This document shows positions 29,841 to 38,958 of a DNA stretch of 64,000 bases, piece after piece. The notes under the pieces were generated by a model. It made no database searches. It saw only the letters and a program-made list of their open reading frames with translations, and had not been told where the DNA came from. The translations under genes were made by a program, and so were the position numbers. Origin of the DNA: Candidatus Woesebacteria bacterium (GTDB lineage Bacteria > Patescibacteriota > Microgenomatia > UBA1400 > UBA12028); assembly GCA_040006915.1 (NCBI GenBank), contig JBDTWD010000002.1:158475-222474 (forward strand), written 5' to 3'. Numbering within the stretch: the stretch's first letter is position 1; every line of letters begins with the position of its first letter.

Positions 29841-30866
29841 ATGAAAAAAAATACACGCTCACTTCTCTTTGCCGGCATTGCAGTCCTCCTGATTGCAATC
29901 GTCAGTATCGTTGGAGCTAGATATCTTTCTCAGTCTTCGACTGAAGATCGGTCGAAAGCCACTAACTCAAATACCGCAACCTTCACGACCGATCAGAGCG
30001 AAACAGCTGATGAAGTGACAGTAAATGTGTATGCCGATCTGGGTCAATTGCAGGATACGCAAGTGCGTCAATTTGCAGTATCAGTAGAAGTTGCAACCCA
30101 GAGTAGCGTGTTAGGAGTAAGTACGAGCGCAAATAGACACATTAGTCATAGTACCGAGACAGATCAACGACAGGATGAGGTGTTGAGGACGAAAAGGAAT
30201 CCGTGGGCCGCATTCGCCTCTCCTTCCCCAGGTACAAAGGTTTGTTTTACAGATGTAGTAGCCAATGGAGAAAGTGCTTCGTGGACAAGCACATGTAAAG
30301 GAGACAGTACAAAAGTAAATTGTGTAAAGAGATCCATTCCTCTAACAAATGAAGAGCAACTCATGTACCAAGCTTGGGTTGATCTAGGAAAAAGCCAAAA
30401 AACTCAATGTCTCTTTGTCAAAGGAATAGCAGTTGCCACTGTTACTCGTACAAGACCTGCAAACCTGAGTGCGTCACCAGCTGCAGTCGCACAAAATCTA
30501 CCAGCTGCCACTGCTACTACCGTCCCTACTCCAACTCCTGCTCCAATATTACTCACGCAAACAGCAACACTCAGTGTGTTTAAACCAGGTGAGAATCTGT
30601 TTACCTATACTCCTCCTCAAGTTTCATCTACTACCCAAGGAACAACGATTGTTTTAAGTGGAAAAGTAGAGAACAGTCAGCAACAATCAAAATTAACTGG
30701 GAAAGTTCTGATCGCCCAGATCAAAATAAAAAAGTCTTCTCCAGCTCAGCATCCTGTCATCACCCTGATCAACCAAAGTTTGAAAGGGGTGCGATCAATT
30801 GCTCCAGGAGTTGAAGTTGAACTGCTTGAAAAACCAACTCCTTCAGAGATCCCTGTACAACGGTAA
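29841..30866 (+). CDS. N-terminally anchored hypothetical protein (341 aa), co-transcribed with the FN3 protein.
   Basis: ATG lies 2 nt after the upstream stop. N-terminal TM (LLFAGIAVLLIAIVSIVGA). Cys-containing ectodomain with no recognisable family. Confidence 0.5.
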   Translation: MKKNTRSLLFAGIAVLLIAIVSIVGARYLSQSSTEDRSKATNSNTATFTTDQSETADEVTVNVYADLGQLQDTQVRQFAVSVEVATQSSVLGVSTSANRHISHSTETDQRQDEVLRTKRNPWAAFASPSPGTKVCFTDVVANGESASWTSTCKGDSTKVNCVKRSIPLTNEEQLMYQAWVDLGKSQKTQCLFVKGIAVATVTRTRPANLSASPAAVAQNLPAATATTVPTPTPAPILLTQTATLSVFKPGENLFTYTPPQVSSTTQGTTIVLSGKVENSQQQSKLTGKVLIAQIKIKKSSPAQHPVITLINQSLKGVRSIAPGVEVELLEKPTPSEIPVQR

Positions 30867-30894
30867 GAAGCGAGTCCATATAATTGTAAGAGAC

Positions 30895-30935
30895 CAAGCT
30901 CATTTCCATTTGTAGTCCTTGGCTTTTTTTGTGGT
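30895..30935 (+). terminator. Possible rho-independent terminator after the 29841-30866 gene (short hairpin ccaag...cttgg followed by a T7 run).
   Basis: The sequence ccaagctcatttccatttgtagtccttggcttttttt sits in the convergent gap 30867-31196. The stem is only 5-6 bp with a long loop, so this is weak. Confidence 0.3.
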
Positions 30936-31196
30936 CTGTCTTCTCCTCCATTTTTTATCACAGTATCAAAGTCCATAGTCTCACTCAAGTTCTAACCGTT
31001 AGTGAAAGTGCGGATCTTGCTAATAGTATTTCTATCACTGATAGAATAAATGAAAGCCTCCTCTCCTCCGTTTTCATAGGCTAAAAACAGCTACAGCGTT
31101 TGGAACAGTTCATGTTAATGAACTAACGAGTATCCAATCATCTCGTATGTTTTTTTGCCAAAGATTGGCATAGAAAGCTAAACGCTGCTGCTCTTC

Positions 31197-31985
31197 CTAC
31201 CCACTAGCTCCGGTATATCGAACCAGACTATGTCTCCACCACCAGAGAGAAAAAGACAAGAAAACGACTGCAGTCCCCACAAACAGAAAGACATCCTGGG
31301 TACTTGCCTTCTCGATGAGAACCTTGGTTGGGATATTGACTGCCGCCATTACGGGCAAAAATAATAGCACCGCAATTGTCGGTGCGTAGCGCAGCGAATC
31401 TATCGGATATCTTGAAGCCGATACCATAAGAGCTCCAAAATCCATAATATTTGAAAGATTGCTGTGGTACAAGAGAATAGTAGTGAAAACGATGTGGATG
31501 GAAACCAAGATGGCAAGGCCTACAAAAGATAACAAGAAAAAGGCTATCACTGAGAAGACAGTGACCGGTAAGTGATAATGCACGATTACAAACCAAATGA
31601 ATCCAATTGATAGGATTGGTCTCACAGTCGCAGCAAAGTTAATTTCGCTTCCAATCAATAAGAGTAAACTACTGATCGGTTTGATAAGAAGTCTATCGAG
31701 TTCGCCGTAGTGAATCACATTGGCAGCCGTCGGGAAATTGCGCGAAAAGAATATGTGAAACCACCCGACGATGATGGAGTACGTTAAAGCCAACAGAAGA
31801 ATTTCTCCTTGACTCCAACCGGCTACCTGTACGGAATGCTGGGTGATGGCGAAGATTGCGACAATACTAAATCCACTCCATAACAGACTTGAGAACACTG
31901 AATGTAAAAAGTCCATTCGATTTGCAAGTGTCCTGCCAACGTTGGCTATGCAGAGTTGCTGGTAAAAGCGAAAAAATCGTTTCAT
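31197..31985 (-). CDS. ABC-2 family transporter permease, second of two.
   Basis: Six hydrophobic helices. Likely start MKRFFRFY at 31985, overlapping the upstream stop by 4 nt (ATGA); the ORF-track start at 32081 would overlap 100 nt. Operon with the ATPase and the first permease. Confidence 0.6.
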   Translation of the reverse strand: MKRFFRFYQQLCIANVGRTLANRMDFLHSVFSSLLWSGFSIVAIFAITQHSVQVAGWSQGEILLLALTYSIIVGWFHIFFSRNFPTAANVIHYGELDRLLIKPISSLLLLIGSEINFAATVRPILSIGFIWFVIVHYHLPVTVFSVIAFFLLSFVGLAILVSIHIVFTTILLYHSNLSNIMDFGALMVSASRYPIDSLRYAPTIAVLLFLPVMAAVNIPTKVLIEKASTQDVFLFVGTAVVFLSFSLWWWRHSLVRYTGASG

Positions 31986-32791
31986 TGCCCTGCTCCTGTA
32001 AATACTTTCACTCCCCGTTTCCAAAGCATCCGATAAAGAAGATAAAAAATCAAAAGCCAAATTGCTTGGATTCCCATCCACTGCACTGATTCACCCACAC
32101 TCAGTTTTCCAGAAACAATCGTCACTGGAATATAGACCATTGAAGCAAAAGGAAGATATTCTGCAATCAATCGAAAGTTGGGACTAAATTGTGACAGTGG
32201 CATTAAGTATCCGGCAAACAATAACAGCGACATTTCGTAGAGTTCAAATAGCCCCTTTGTACTCGTGAGCCAAATGGCCGACAATCCCAAAATGACTGTA
32301 CCGATATATGAAAGGGCCAAACCGATCACACTGCTTACAAATGTAAGGAACAGAATCTGTGGTGATGTACTTATGTGTAACCGAACTCCGAACAAGAAAA
32401 GGCCGGCAATAATCAGAATCGACCAGAACCCCTCCATCAGTCTCCACACAATTTCGCCATAGAATTTGAGCACAATATACGGAATTGGTTTTAATAAGTA
32501 TTTCGAGAGCTCTCCTTTGTAAATATCTATTTGTGCAATATCCCCTTCACTATGAGATATTAGAACATTTCCGAAGACGAGCATCAGGAGGAAGTAAGAT
32601 AAAATCTCGTCAAAACTGACCGTATACGCGGTCGGATTTGATGCCAAGTTGGCATTCCAAAAGATCAGAAGAGTGCTTACACTCAGGAATCCAACCAACA
32701 TCCACACGAACGAACGCAAGCGATACTGCAAAATATACTGTGTGTGTAACAGAAAAATTCGATAGTGTTTATTAAATATATCAAAATGCAT
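31982..32791 (-). CDS. ABC-2 family transporter permease, first of two.
   Basis: Polytopic (about 6 TM), paralogous in layout to the downstream permease. Lies immediately downstream of the ABC ATPase. Confidence 0.6.
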   Translation of the reverse strand: MHFDIFNKHYRIFLLHTQYILQYRLRSFVWMLVGFLSVSTLLIFWNANLASNPTAYTVSFDEILSYFLLMLVFGNVLISHSEGDIAQIDIYKGELSKYLLKPIPYIVLKFYGEIVWRLMEGFWSILIIAGLFLFGVRLHISTSPQILFLTFVSSVIGLALSYIGTVILGLSAIWLTSTKGLFELYEMSLLLFAGYLMPLSQFSPNFRLIAEYLPFASMVYIPVTIVSGKLSVGESVQWMGIQAIWLLIFYLLYRMLWKRGVKVFTGAGQ

Positions 32792-32880
32792 AGAGACTAT
32801 TCAAAATGGATCAGATTTATTGTTCAACTTGAGTAAATCGCTTAAAGATATCAAACTATAAAACAATATATAAAAATATA

Positions 32881-33858
32881 TCAAGCTTGTGCAAAAACTT
32901 CTCGTATCACTTCCTCGATTTTTGGTTCTGAAACATCGATATCTTCGACTGGTAACTTAGAAAGCAACTCTGCGGCGATGTCTTTGGTATGAGCTCTATC
33001 GACTACGATCGTGAGGAGCGGATAATCGTATGATTCTATCCGACCATACTTTTCTACTATTTTTTGGTCGATCTCTTTCTCAAGTCGAAGCGTTATACGC
33101 TTGGATTTGGTGTGTTTTTTGATAAGGTCGATTAGTTCTCCGTCAAAAAGTAATTTTCCGTGGTCAATCACGATCACTCGTTTGCAGAGTTCCTTCACAT
33201 CTTCCATATAGTGAGAGGTCAAAATAATAGTCGCGCCGTACCGCTCGTTGTAGTCTTTGATGAAGAGTCTCATCTGTTCTTGTGCTATGACATCCAAGCC
33301 AATTGTAGGTTCATCCAAAAACAAAACTTTAGGTTGATGCAAAAGTGCTGCGATTAATTCCATTTTCATTCGTTGCCCTAAGCTTAACTTTCGCACTGGA
33401 GTTTTCAAGACCGGTTCAACATCCAGCATCGAAACAAGTTCTGTGACAATTCGTTTGTAATCCATATCCGAGACTTCATAAATTTCTTTATTTAATAAAA
33501 AGGTATCGACTGCTGGAAGATCCCACCACAGTTGATTTTTTTGTCCCATCACTAAAGAAATTTGTTTTAAGAAATTACGGTTACGATCAAAGGGAGTAAA
33601 TCCTAAAACCGAGATATCACCGCTACTGGGATATAAAAGACCGGATAACATCTTCAACGTAGTGGTTTTACCCGCTCCATTTGGTCCGATAAATCCAATT
33701 AATTCGCCACTATTGATATCAAAAGATATTCCATCAACTGCAGTAGCAGTTGTATACTTTCTTGCCACAAACGAACGTAAAGCTCCTACGAATCCGGGAT
33801 CCTTCTGGGCAATCTGGAAAGTTCTGGTTAATGAGGAGACGTGAATAATAGGATTCAT
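32881..33858 (-). CDS. ABC transporter ATP-binding protein (ABC-2 / YbhF-like exporter ATPase).
   Basis: Walker A GPNGAGKTT, ABC signature LSLGQRMKMELIAALL, Walker B VLFLDEPTIGLD, H-loop TSHYM. Likely start MNPIIHVSSLTRTF at 33858; the ORF-track start at 33933 would overlap the upstream gene by 59 nt. Confidence 0.85.
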   Translation of the reverse strand: MNPIIHVSSLTRTFQIAQKDPGFVGALRSFVARKYTTATAVDGISFDINSGELIGFIGPNGAGKTTTLKMLSGLLYPSSGDISVLGFTPFDRNRNFLKQISLVMGQKNQLWWDLPAVDTFLLNKEIYEVSDMDYKRIVTELVSMLDVEPVLKTPVRKLSLGQRMKMELIAALLHQPKVLFLDEPTIGLDVIAQEQMRLFIKDYNERYGATIILTSHYMEDVKELCKRVIVIDHGKLLFDGELIDLIKKHTKSKRITLRLEKEIDQKIVEKYGRIESYDYPLLTIVVDRAHTKDIAAELLSKLPVEDIDVSEPKIEEVIREVFAQA

Positions 33859-33874
33859 ACCTATGAAGTATATC

Positions 33875-35986
33875 CTATTCTGATTTTCTAAAGAGGGAGA
33901 TGAAGAAGGCAAGAATCCTTTGCCAGAATCCAAGCTTGGTTGCCTGCTGAACCGGAGCTGAAGTCTGCTCAGGAGTGAAGGTGGGTATACTTGTTATTTG
34001 GGGTGTCGGAGTTACGGTAGGAGAAGGAGTTGCGATCGGTACTGGAGCTGGAGCTGAAAGCGGAACGCTTTGTGAAGGTGCCAAGGCAGAGCTTCGAACA
34101 AACGATGTCAGTGATGCTGATAGAGCTGATCGGGTTTTTACTCCTAGACTCCCCGACCAGTTCCCAGGGGCGCACCCATTCCCTGCTCGAATCCGAAAAT
34201 AATAGGTAGTGGATGGAGCTAACCCTCCGATCACAAAAGTTCTGGTCTGATCTGAAGCCGCAAAATCGACTCCAAAATGCCAATCTCCATCTGCATAGCC
34301 GTACGATATGTTGTATCGATCAAACGGCTTATCCGCCTCGGTAAAGTACAGTTTAATCCAATCTGCCCCTGTTTCACTGGCATAGATCACGGGAACTTTT
34401 GTTCCCGGAATTTGAGAAGAACAGACGGGTGGAGTTGCGTGCGCTGCTCCCTGTCCATCAGAGTTTGAAGAAGAGCTCGATGTTGAACTCGATTCTGGTG
34501 TTGCAGTTGGAGTTGGAGTTGGAGTAGGCGTTGGGGTCGGAGTAGGTGTGGGTGTTGGGGTTGGCAACGTAATGTATCCCCAATCAATCGTATGTTTATC
34601 ACCTCCAGTAGGTGGAAGAGAACCATTGATACGGAATGCAAATAATAATCGACCATTTTGACGGTTTTCAAACAAGATAGGAATGTCAGCTCCTCCATCT
34701 GCTCCTCCAGATCCACCTGGAGAAGTGTAAAACCGAGTCGAGCCACTTAAGGTTGTGCCATCATAGGTTTTATAATCGATCGAGCCGTTATCTCCATTGG
34801 TGGTGGACTCGATATAGGCTGCATAGATCTTATCCATTGTGGCATCGTAGGCAATATCAAGAGTGGGAGCGTAGGAATGTGTGCCATTGGCACTATAAAT
34901 ATCGACCACACTCGACGGTACATCGCTGGTATTTAAATATGCTAAGGAAACTGTGTCTCCAAAGGTATTATCTTTCCATCTAGCCCAACCAACATAAAGT
35001 CGATCATTGGTCGTGTCCAGCACAGGCTTCGTAAGCAACTGTGTTTTGAGATTATATCCACCATCCTCATTGTCCACCTGTCCGACTGTCACTGGTGATT
35101 GCCATCCCCCACTCCAATTGCCTGAGCCACTACTCCAGGCGGCTCGATACGATAACAGCCGCTTATTAGTCCCTACTGTTTCGGCTACAAAGACATACAT
35201 ATCGTCTTTCTTCGCACTAACTCCTCCACGGGTAGAAAGTGACGCAAAAACTGATCCCGTGGTGGTACTGCCGTAAATTTTATCGGCATCCACTAATGGA
35301 GGATCTGTCGAAAACGTATCTGTTGTGCCATCCAATGCCTTCCAGTTTGCCGCGACTCCATCAGCTGCTGAAAGTGATAGTTTGCGCATGGATCCACGAA
35401 TCTCAGCCAAGTTCGTTCCATTTTTAGACCACACAGCCACAAGTGAGCCATTGGTCGAACCATCATTGACCCAAAACGCCGCCGCTTGTTCCACGGTTCG
35501 CGATGAAGAGGTATCTAATTGTAGATTGATATTCCCTGAATCCTCTCGGGTAATAGCTGTAATATTATGAGATCCATCTCGAGTGATTCCGTAACGGCGG
35601 TAAATAATACCATCATTTGAATCGGTTGCTGTCCAAATGACATGCAATTTGTCATTAATCGAGTCGTAAGCGACAGAAGAACGTGTTAAAAATGTGTAGC
35701 TTTCAGCCCCTTGAGTCCAATTGGCACCACTATCGTTACTCCATGCCCAATGGGTCGTCGGCCCCGTCCGCTCCTGAGTTGTCCAGATATACTTTCCATA
35801 CTGGTCAACAGTCCACACTCGTCCCTGAGAGAAATTGATGGCATCATTACTTCCATCCGCCGCATCTGTGGTTCCGATATTCGCATAGGTGCCATCAGCT
35901 AAAGCGATCGCCGGATTGATGAGTTGACCAAATACCCCGAAAAAACAGAATAAAAGAGAATAAAAAAACGGGAGGCTTTTCCTCAT
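33875..35986 (-). CDS. Secreted protein of 703 aa with an Asp-box (BNR-like), a (PT)n linker, an FN3-like domain and a C-terminal hydrophobic tail.
   Basis: Signal peptide MRKSLPFFYSLLFCFFGVFG. SNDSGANW matches the SxDxGxxW Asp-box. The linker is [21 protein letters not shown]. The FN3-like segment has YYFRIRAGNG. The C-terminus LGFWQRILAFFISLFRKSE is a hydrophobic anchor-like segment. Confidence 0.55.
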   Translation of the reverse strand: MRKSLPFFYSLLFCFFGVFGQLINPAIALADGTYANIGTTDAADGSNDAINFSQGRVWTVDQYGKYIWTTQERTGPTTHWAWSNDSGANWTQGAESYTFLTRSSVAYDSINDKLHVIWTATDSNDGIIYRRYGITRDGSHNITAITREDSGNINLQLDTSSSRTVEQAAAFWVNDGSTNGSLVAVWSKNGTNLAEIRGSMRKLSLSAADGVAANWKALDGTTDTFSTDPPLVDADKIYGSTTTGSVFASLSTRGGVSAKKDDMYVFVAETVGTNKRLLSYRAAWSSGSGNWSGGWQSPVTVGQVDNEDGGYNLKTQLLTKPVLDTTNDRLYVGWARWKDNTFGDTVSLAYLNTSDVPSSVVDIYSANGTHSYAPTLDIAYDATMDKIYAAYIESTTNGDNGSIDYKTYDGTTLSGSTRFYTSPGGSGGADGGADIPILFENRQNGRLLFAFRINGSLPPTGGDKHTIDWGYITLPTPTPTPTPTPTPTPTPTPTATPESSSTSSSSSNSDGQGAAHATPPVCSSQIPGTKVPVIYASETGADWIKLYFTEADKPFDRYNISYGYADGDWHFGVDFAASDQTRTFVIGGLAPSTTYYFRIRAGNGCAPGNWSGSLGVKTRSALSASLTSFVRSSALAPSQSVPLSAPAPVPIATPSPTVTPTPQITSIPTFTPEQTSAPVQQATKLGFWQRILAFFISLFRKSE

Positions 35987-36027
35987 CCTTTTATAATAAT
36001 TGAAAAGAAAGAGGTATACTAGTCTCT

Positions 36028-36174
36028 ATGGAACTTAATCGACAAGAATTTAAACGAATTGGAATGAACGCAGGTCGAGGAGTGCTCGAACGAACTATCG
36101 TTTATACAGCTCAAGGCTTGAAATTTGTCATCCTGTTCGTGATCGATGCCCTAAAGTCAGTCTTGGGAAGATAG
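36028..36174 (+). CDS. Candidate small ORF (48 aa) with a strong SD (AAGAGG 9-10 nt upstream); unannotated in the ORF track.
   Basis: Sequence aaagaaagaggtatactagtctctATG encodes MELNRQEFKRIGMNAGRGVLERTIVYTAQGLKFVILFVIDALKSVLGR, which has a hydrophobic C-terminal half. Confidence 0.25.
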   Translation: MELNRQEFKRIGMNAGRGVLERTIVYTAQGLKFVILFVIDALKSVLGR

Positions 36175-36341
36175 ATTATCGTCGTTTCCTTTTTTCTAAA
36201 GAAGAGACGCGTTCTTTCTGACGTGTTCTCTTTCCTTCTTCTTGTCTGTCGTAAACAGAAACCGCCGAGAACAAATGAGCGTTCTCTATAATCCAATCAA
36301 TAATTTTTTTCATTCCGTTGTTTTTCTCTTTACTCATAATG

Positions 36342-36412
36342 TGGACTGTGGGGGAATCGAACCCCCGTTCTATCAATGCGAATGATATGTACTACCACTG
36401 TACGAACAGCCC
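36342..36412 (-). tRNA. tRNA-Ala (anticodon CGC), 71 nt, no encoded CCA.
   Basis: The reverse complement folds as a cloverleaf: acceptor GGGCTGT/ACAGTCC with a G3:U70 pair (the Ala identity element), D-stem GTAC/GTAC, anticodon stem TATCA/TGATA with loop TTCGCAT, T-arm GGGGG-TTCGATT-CCCCC. Confidence 0.75.
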
Positions 36413-36448
36413 TAGTAGATGAAGCTTCGAGTATTGTATCATTGAGTC

Positions 36449-36814
36449 ATGAAGAAATTCCTCAAAGGTTTCGTCTATGCCTTCCGTGGTTTGCGGATTA
36501 TGACCCATGAACGCAACATGCGTTTTCATCTGGTAGTGGGATGGATTGTTATCTTGGCCTCAATCTATTTTCGTATTACCCGCACAGAATGGATGACTAT
36601 TCTCCTCTGTATTGCAGCTGTTCTCTCGGCTGAAACCTTCAATACAGCAATCGAAGCAGTTTGTAATGTAGCAAGAGATCACTGTGGAGCAAAATATGAA
36701 CACACTGGTGCAGCTCGAGATATGTCAGCAGGAGCAGTACTGATTATTGCTATTATCGCGGGAATTATAGGAATGATTATCTTCACTCCATATCTTATCT
36801 CTCTTTTCTGGTAG
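36449..36814 (+). CDS. dgkA: Diacylglycerol kinase / undecaprenol kinase (DgkA family), 121 aa.
   Basis: Three TM helices and the conserved motifs FNTAIEAVCN and ARDMSAGAVLIIAII, closely parallel to E. coli DgkA (LNSAIEAVVD, AKDMGSAAVLIAII). Size matches the family. Confidence 0.85.
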   Translation: MKKFLKGFVYAFRGLRIMTHERNMRFHLVVGWIVILASIYFRITRTEWMTILLCIAAVLSAETFNTAIEAVCNVARDHCGAKYEHTGAARDMSAGAVLIIAIIAGIIGMIIFTPYLISLFW

Positions 36815-36818
36815 AGTG

Positions 36819-36891
36819 TGGACCCGAGGGGAATCGAACCCCTTTCTCTTCAATGCCATTGAAGAATAATAAGCCGGTATACTACGGGCCC
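36819..36891 (-). tRNA. tRNA-Ala (anticodon GGC), 73 nt, no encoded CCA.
   Basis: Reverse complement: acceptor GGGCCCG/CGGGTCC with G3:U70, anticodon stem CTTCA/TGAAG with loop ATGGCAT, T-arm AGGGG-TTCGATT-CCCCT. The D-stem is weak (3 bp). Confidence 0.65.
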
Positions 36892-37616
36892 TACATCAAC
36901 AAGACCTGATTATATGTCAGGTCTGCCAAAGATTCCAGACTTAATTGCACTTTCGTATCTAGATAATACGTTCTAAGCACACCTTTATATCCCTTCTTCA
37001 TTGTTGGTTTCCCAAAAGTCCGAGGATCAACAAGAGCCTTATAAAAATTAGCTTTGGGAATTCCTGTTGTTTTTTGCCAGTATGCTTCTAATGCCGATAT
37101 ATCCTGATCTGCTCTGCATTGTACGCTACAATGCACCTTATCAAGTTGGAAATCAGAAAAACAATACCTTAAAAGCCTTAAAAAAAGCAGAACTATTCGT
37201 GGATCAGTGTTTCCTAAAGAAAATCCACCACTCTTGCTCTTATACTTTGATGCTTCCCCAAGACAGAGCATTGCCAGTGCTATTTTTGCCGTATCCTTAT
37301 CAATGACTTTCCTTGCTGTCGGAGTATTTATTCGGACCAGTTCACTAAAGAATTTCTCCCTCCTTATCTTATTCATGACTACAGCCGTTGCTCGCGCCTT
37401 ACCGAGATTATTTATATTTAGTTTATCTATTAATGACTGGTAATTTACTGGAAGATCAACATGTTTACACCACTCTGAGAGAGTGCTTTTGGGAATTTGA
37501 AGTTTTATGTCTGCTTTAATCTCACTATATGTTTTCCCTATAGCTCTTAATTGTCGAACTCTTTCGATCAAGCTAGCGGCATACCTAAGCATACAACAAT
37601 CGTACCCCATAACCAC
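36891..37616 (-). CDS. Hypothetical protein (241 aa) abutting the tRNA-Ala(GGC) 5' end. Possible degenerate DNA-binding or homing-endonuclease-like protein; very tentative.
   Basis: The stop codon overlaps the first tRNA nucleotide. Basic and Lys-rich. The segment IALAMLCLGEASKYKSKSGGFSLGNTD is faintly LAGLIDADG-like. No confident motif. Confidence 0.35.
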   Translation of the reverse strand: MVMGYDCCMLRYAASLIERVRQLRAIGKTYSEIKADIKLQIPKSTLSEWCKHVDLPVNYQSLIDKLNINNLGKARATAVVMNKIRREKFFSELVRINTPTARKVIDKDTAKIALAMLCLGEASKYKSKSGGFSLGNTDPRIVLLFLRLLRYCFSDFQLDKVHCSVQCRADQDISALEAYWQKTTGIPKANFYKALVDPRTFGKPTMKKGYKGVLRTYYLDTKVQLSLESLADLTYNQVLLM

Positions 37617-37636
37617 ACCATGTGCAAGAAACTGTT

Positions 37637-38914
37637 CTAGATAAGGCTGAGCAGTTCTTTTCGCAGTTGCTCTAAACCCTGCCCTGTAGCAGCTGAGATC
37701 CAGAAGATATCTTTGATGTCTTTCTGAACTTTTCTTAAGATCTGCTCTTGCTTCTCGTCTGGGACCAGATCAGCTTTAGAAAGCACAATAATTTTCTTTT
37801 TCTTTGAAAATGGGATCGAAGAGTTTGAAGCTTCTTTCTCATAAGTCACTAGTTCATTTTCAAGAGTCTTGTATGCCTCTTGGTACTGCTCCACGATTGA
37901 CTCTAGATCCATAGGGTCTTGGAGCAAAATTCCATCATCAATGGAGAGCAAGAAAACGAGTACTTTACAACGACTCACATGACGCAAGAACTCATGACCC
38001 AAGCCTTTACCTTCACTCGCACCCTCAATTAATCCGGGAAGATCAGCAATTACTAATGTATGACGCTCATCTTCACCAGCGTTTTCGATACGCATCACCC
38101 CTAAGTTTGGTTCAAGCGTCGTAAATGGATAGTTGGCAATTTTGGGAGTGGCTTTGGTGAGTACAGAAAGTAATGTACTCTTTCCCGCATTTGGGAATCC
38201 AACCAAACCGACATCGGCCAAAAGTTGGAGTTCAAAAAAGAATTCACCCGATTCCGCACCTTCTCCTGTTTGCGCTTCCATGGGAGTGGTCAGTCGGCTA
38301 CTTTTATAGGTTTCATTTCCTTTCCCCCCTCGCCCACCACGAGCGATCAAAACTTCTTGTCCTTCTTTGGTTAAATCGCCCACCAATTGTGACTCGTATG
38401 CCATCCCACCATAGGTAAAGGACACAATATCTCCCAACTTTGCTTGAGGGAGTTTTTGTTGCATCGCTTCTATTTCTTTTCGATCATCTTCAATCAACTC
38501 AAAGACTCCACCCTCTTCTTTAATGGTGCTACTAGCTCTGCGTTCGATCGGTCGTTCCACTCGTCCGAGATCTCGATCAACCCTATACATGCGTTTGGGT
38601 TCGTTGGGTTGATGAGTCGCGACCACACGCCAAATGCGAGTACCAATGGGAAGCTTAATGAGCGTATCTTCCTGGTCTTTTCCGTGCATTTTTTCTGCAC
38701 CACCATTTTGTCCATTTATGGCTTCTATCTTTGATAGACCGGAGAAATCTCGTAGGGTGTTTTCATGAACAGTGGTAACAGCAATGACACTGCCACCGTT
38801 CCCTCCATCGCCACCATCAGGACCCCCTTTCATCGTTCTGCGGTTACGCAAAAACGAGATGCGGCCATCTCCACCTTTTCCAGCTGTAATGAATATTTTG
38901 ACTAAATCTACCAT
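37637..38914 (-). CDS. obg: GTPase Obg/CgtA.
   Basis: The Gly-rich Obg fold ITAGKGGDGRISFLRNRRTMKGGPDGGDGGNGGSV, G1 GFPNAGKST, and G3 DLPGLIEGA. Likely start MVDLVKIF at 38914; the longer ORF-track start at 39154 overlaps the neighbouring gene. Confidence 0.9.
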   Translation of the reverse strand: MVDLVKIFITAGKGGDGRISFLRNRRTMKGGPDGGDGGNGGSVIAVTTVHENTLRDFSGLSKIEAINGQNGGAEKMHGKDQEDTLIKLPIGTRIWRVVATHQPNEPKRMYRVDRDLGRVERPIERRASSTIKEEGGVFELIEDDRKEIEAMQQKLPQAKLGDIVSFTYGGMAYESQLVGDLTKEGQEVLIARGGRGGKGNETYKSSRLTTPMEAQTGEGAESGEFFFELQLLADVGLVGFPNAGKSTLLSVLTKATPKIANYPFTTLEPNLGVMRIENAGEDERHTLVIADLPGLIEGASEGKGLGHEFLRHVSRCKVLVFLLSIDDGILLQDPMDLESIVEQYQEAYKTLENELVTYEKEASNSSIPFSKKKKIIVLSKADLVPDEKQEQILRKVQKDIKDIFWISAATGQGLEQLRKELLSLI

Positions 38915-38958
38915 CCTACTATTGTACCAGAGAAAAGACGGTTTCTTCGGTGAACTCT

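Noticed and set aside
31021-31165. Possible hairpin gccaaagattggc preceded by a T-run, as a terminator for the ABC-2 operon.
   Set aside because: The T-run precedes rather than follows the hairpin on the plus strand. On the minus strand the hairpin is followed by A's, so it does not fit an intrinsic terminator.
34470-34580. Highly regular short tandem repeats (ggagttgga..., encoding (PT)n). These resemble the linkers in 53800-53950 and could look like a CRISPR array or microsatellite.
   Set aside because: They are in frame within long ORFs and encode Pro-Thr linkers. There are no spacer-like unique segments and no cas genes. I see no CRISPR array anywhere in the window.
36176-36376. 66-aa minus-strand ORF (an inner 53-aa version starts at 36337) next to tRNA-Ala(CGC).
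   Set aside because: The longer version overlaps the tRNA. The shorter one has no ribosome-binding site, because its upstream sequence is the tRNA 3' end. It is probably spurious, though a tRNA-cotranscribed peptide cannot be excluded.
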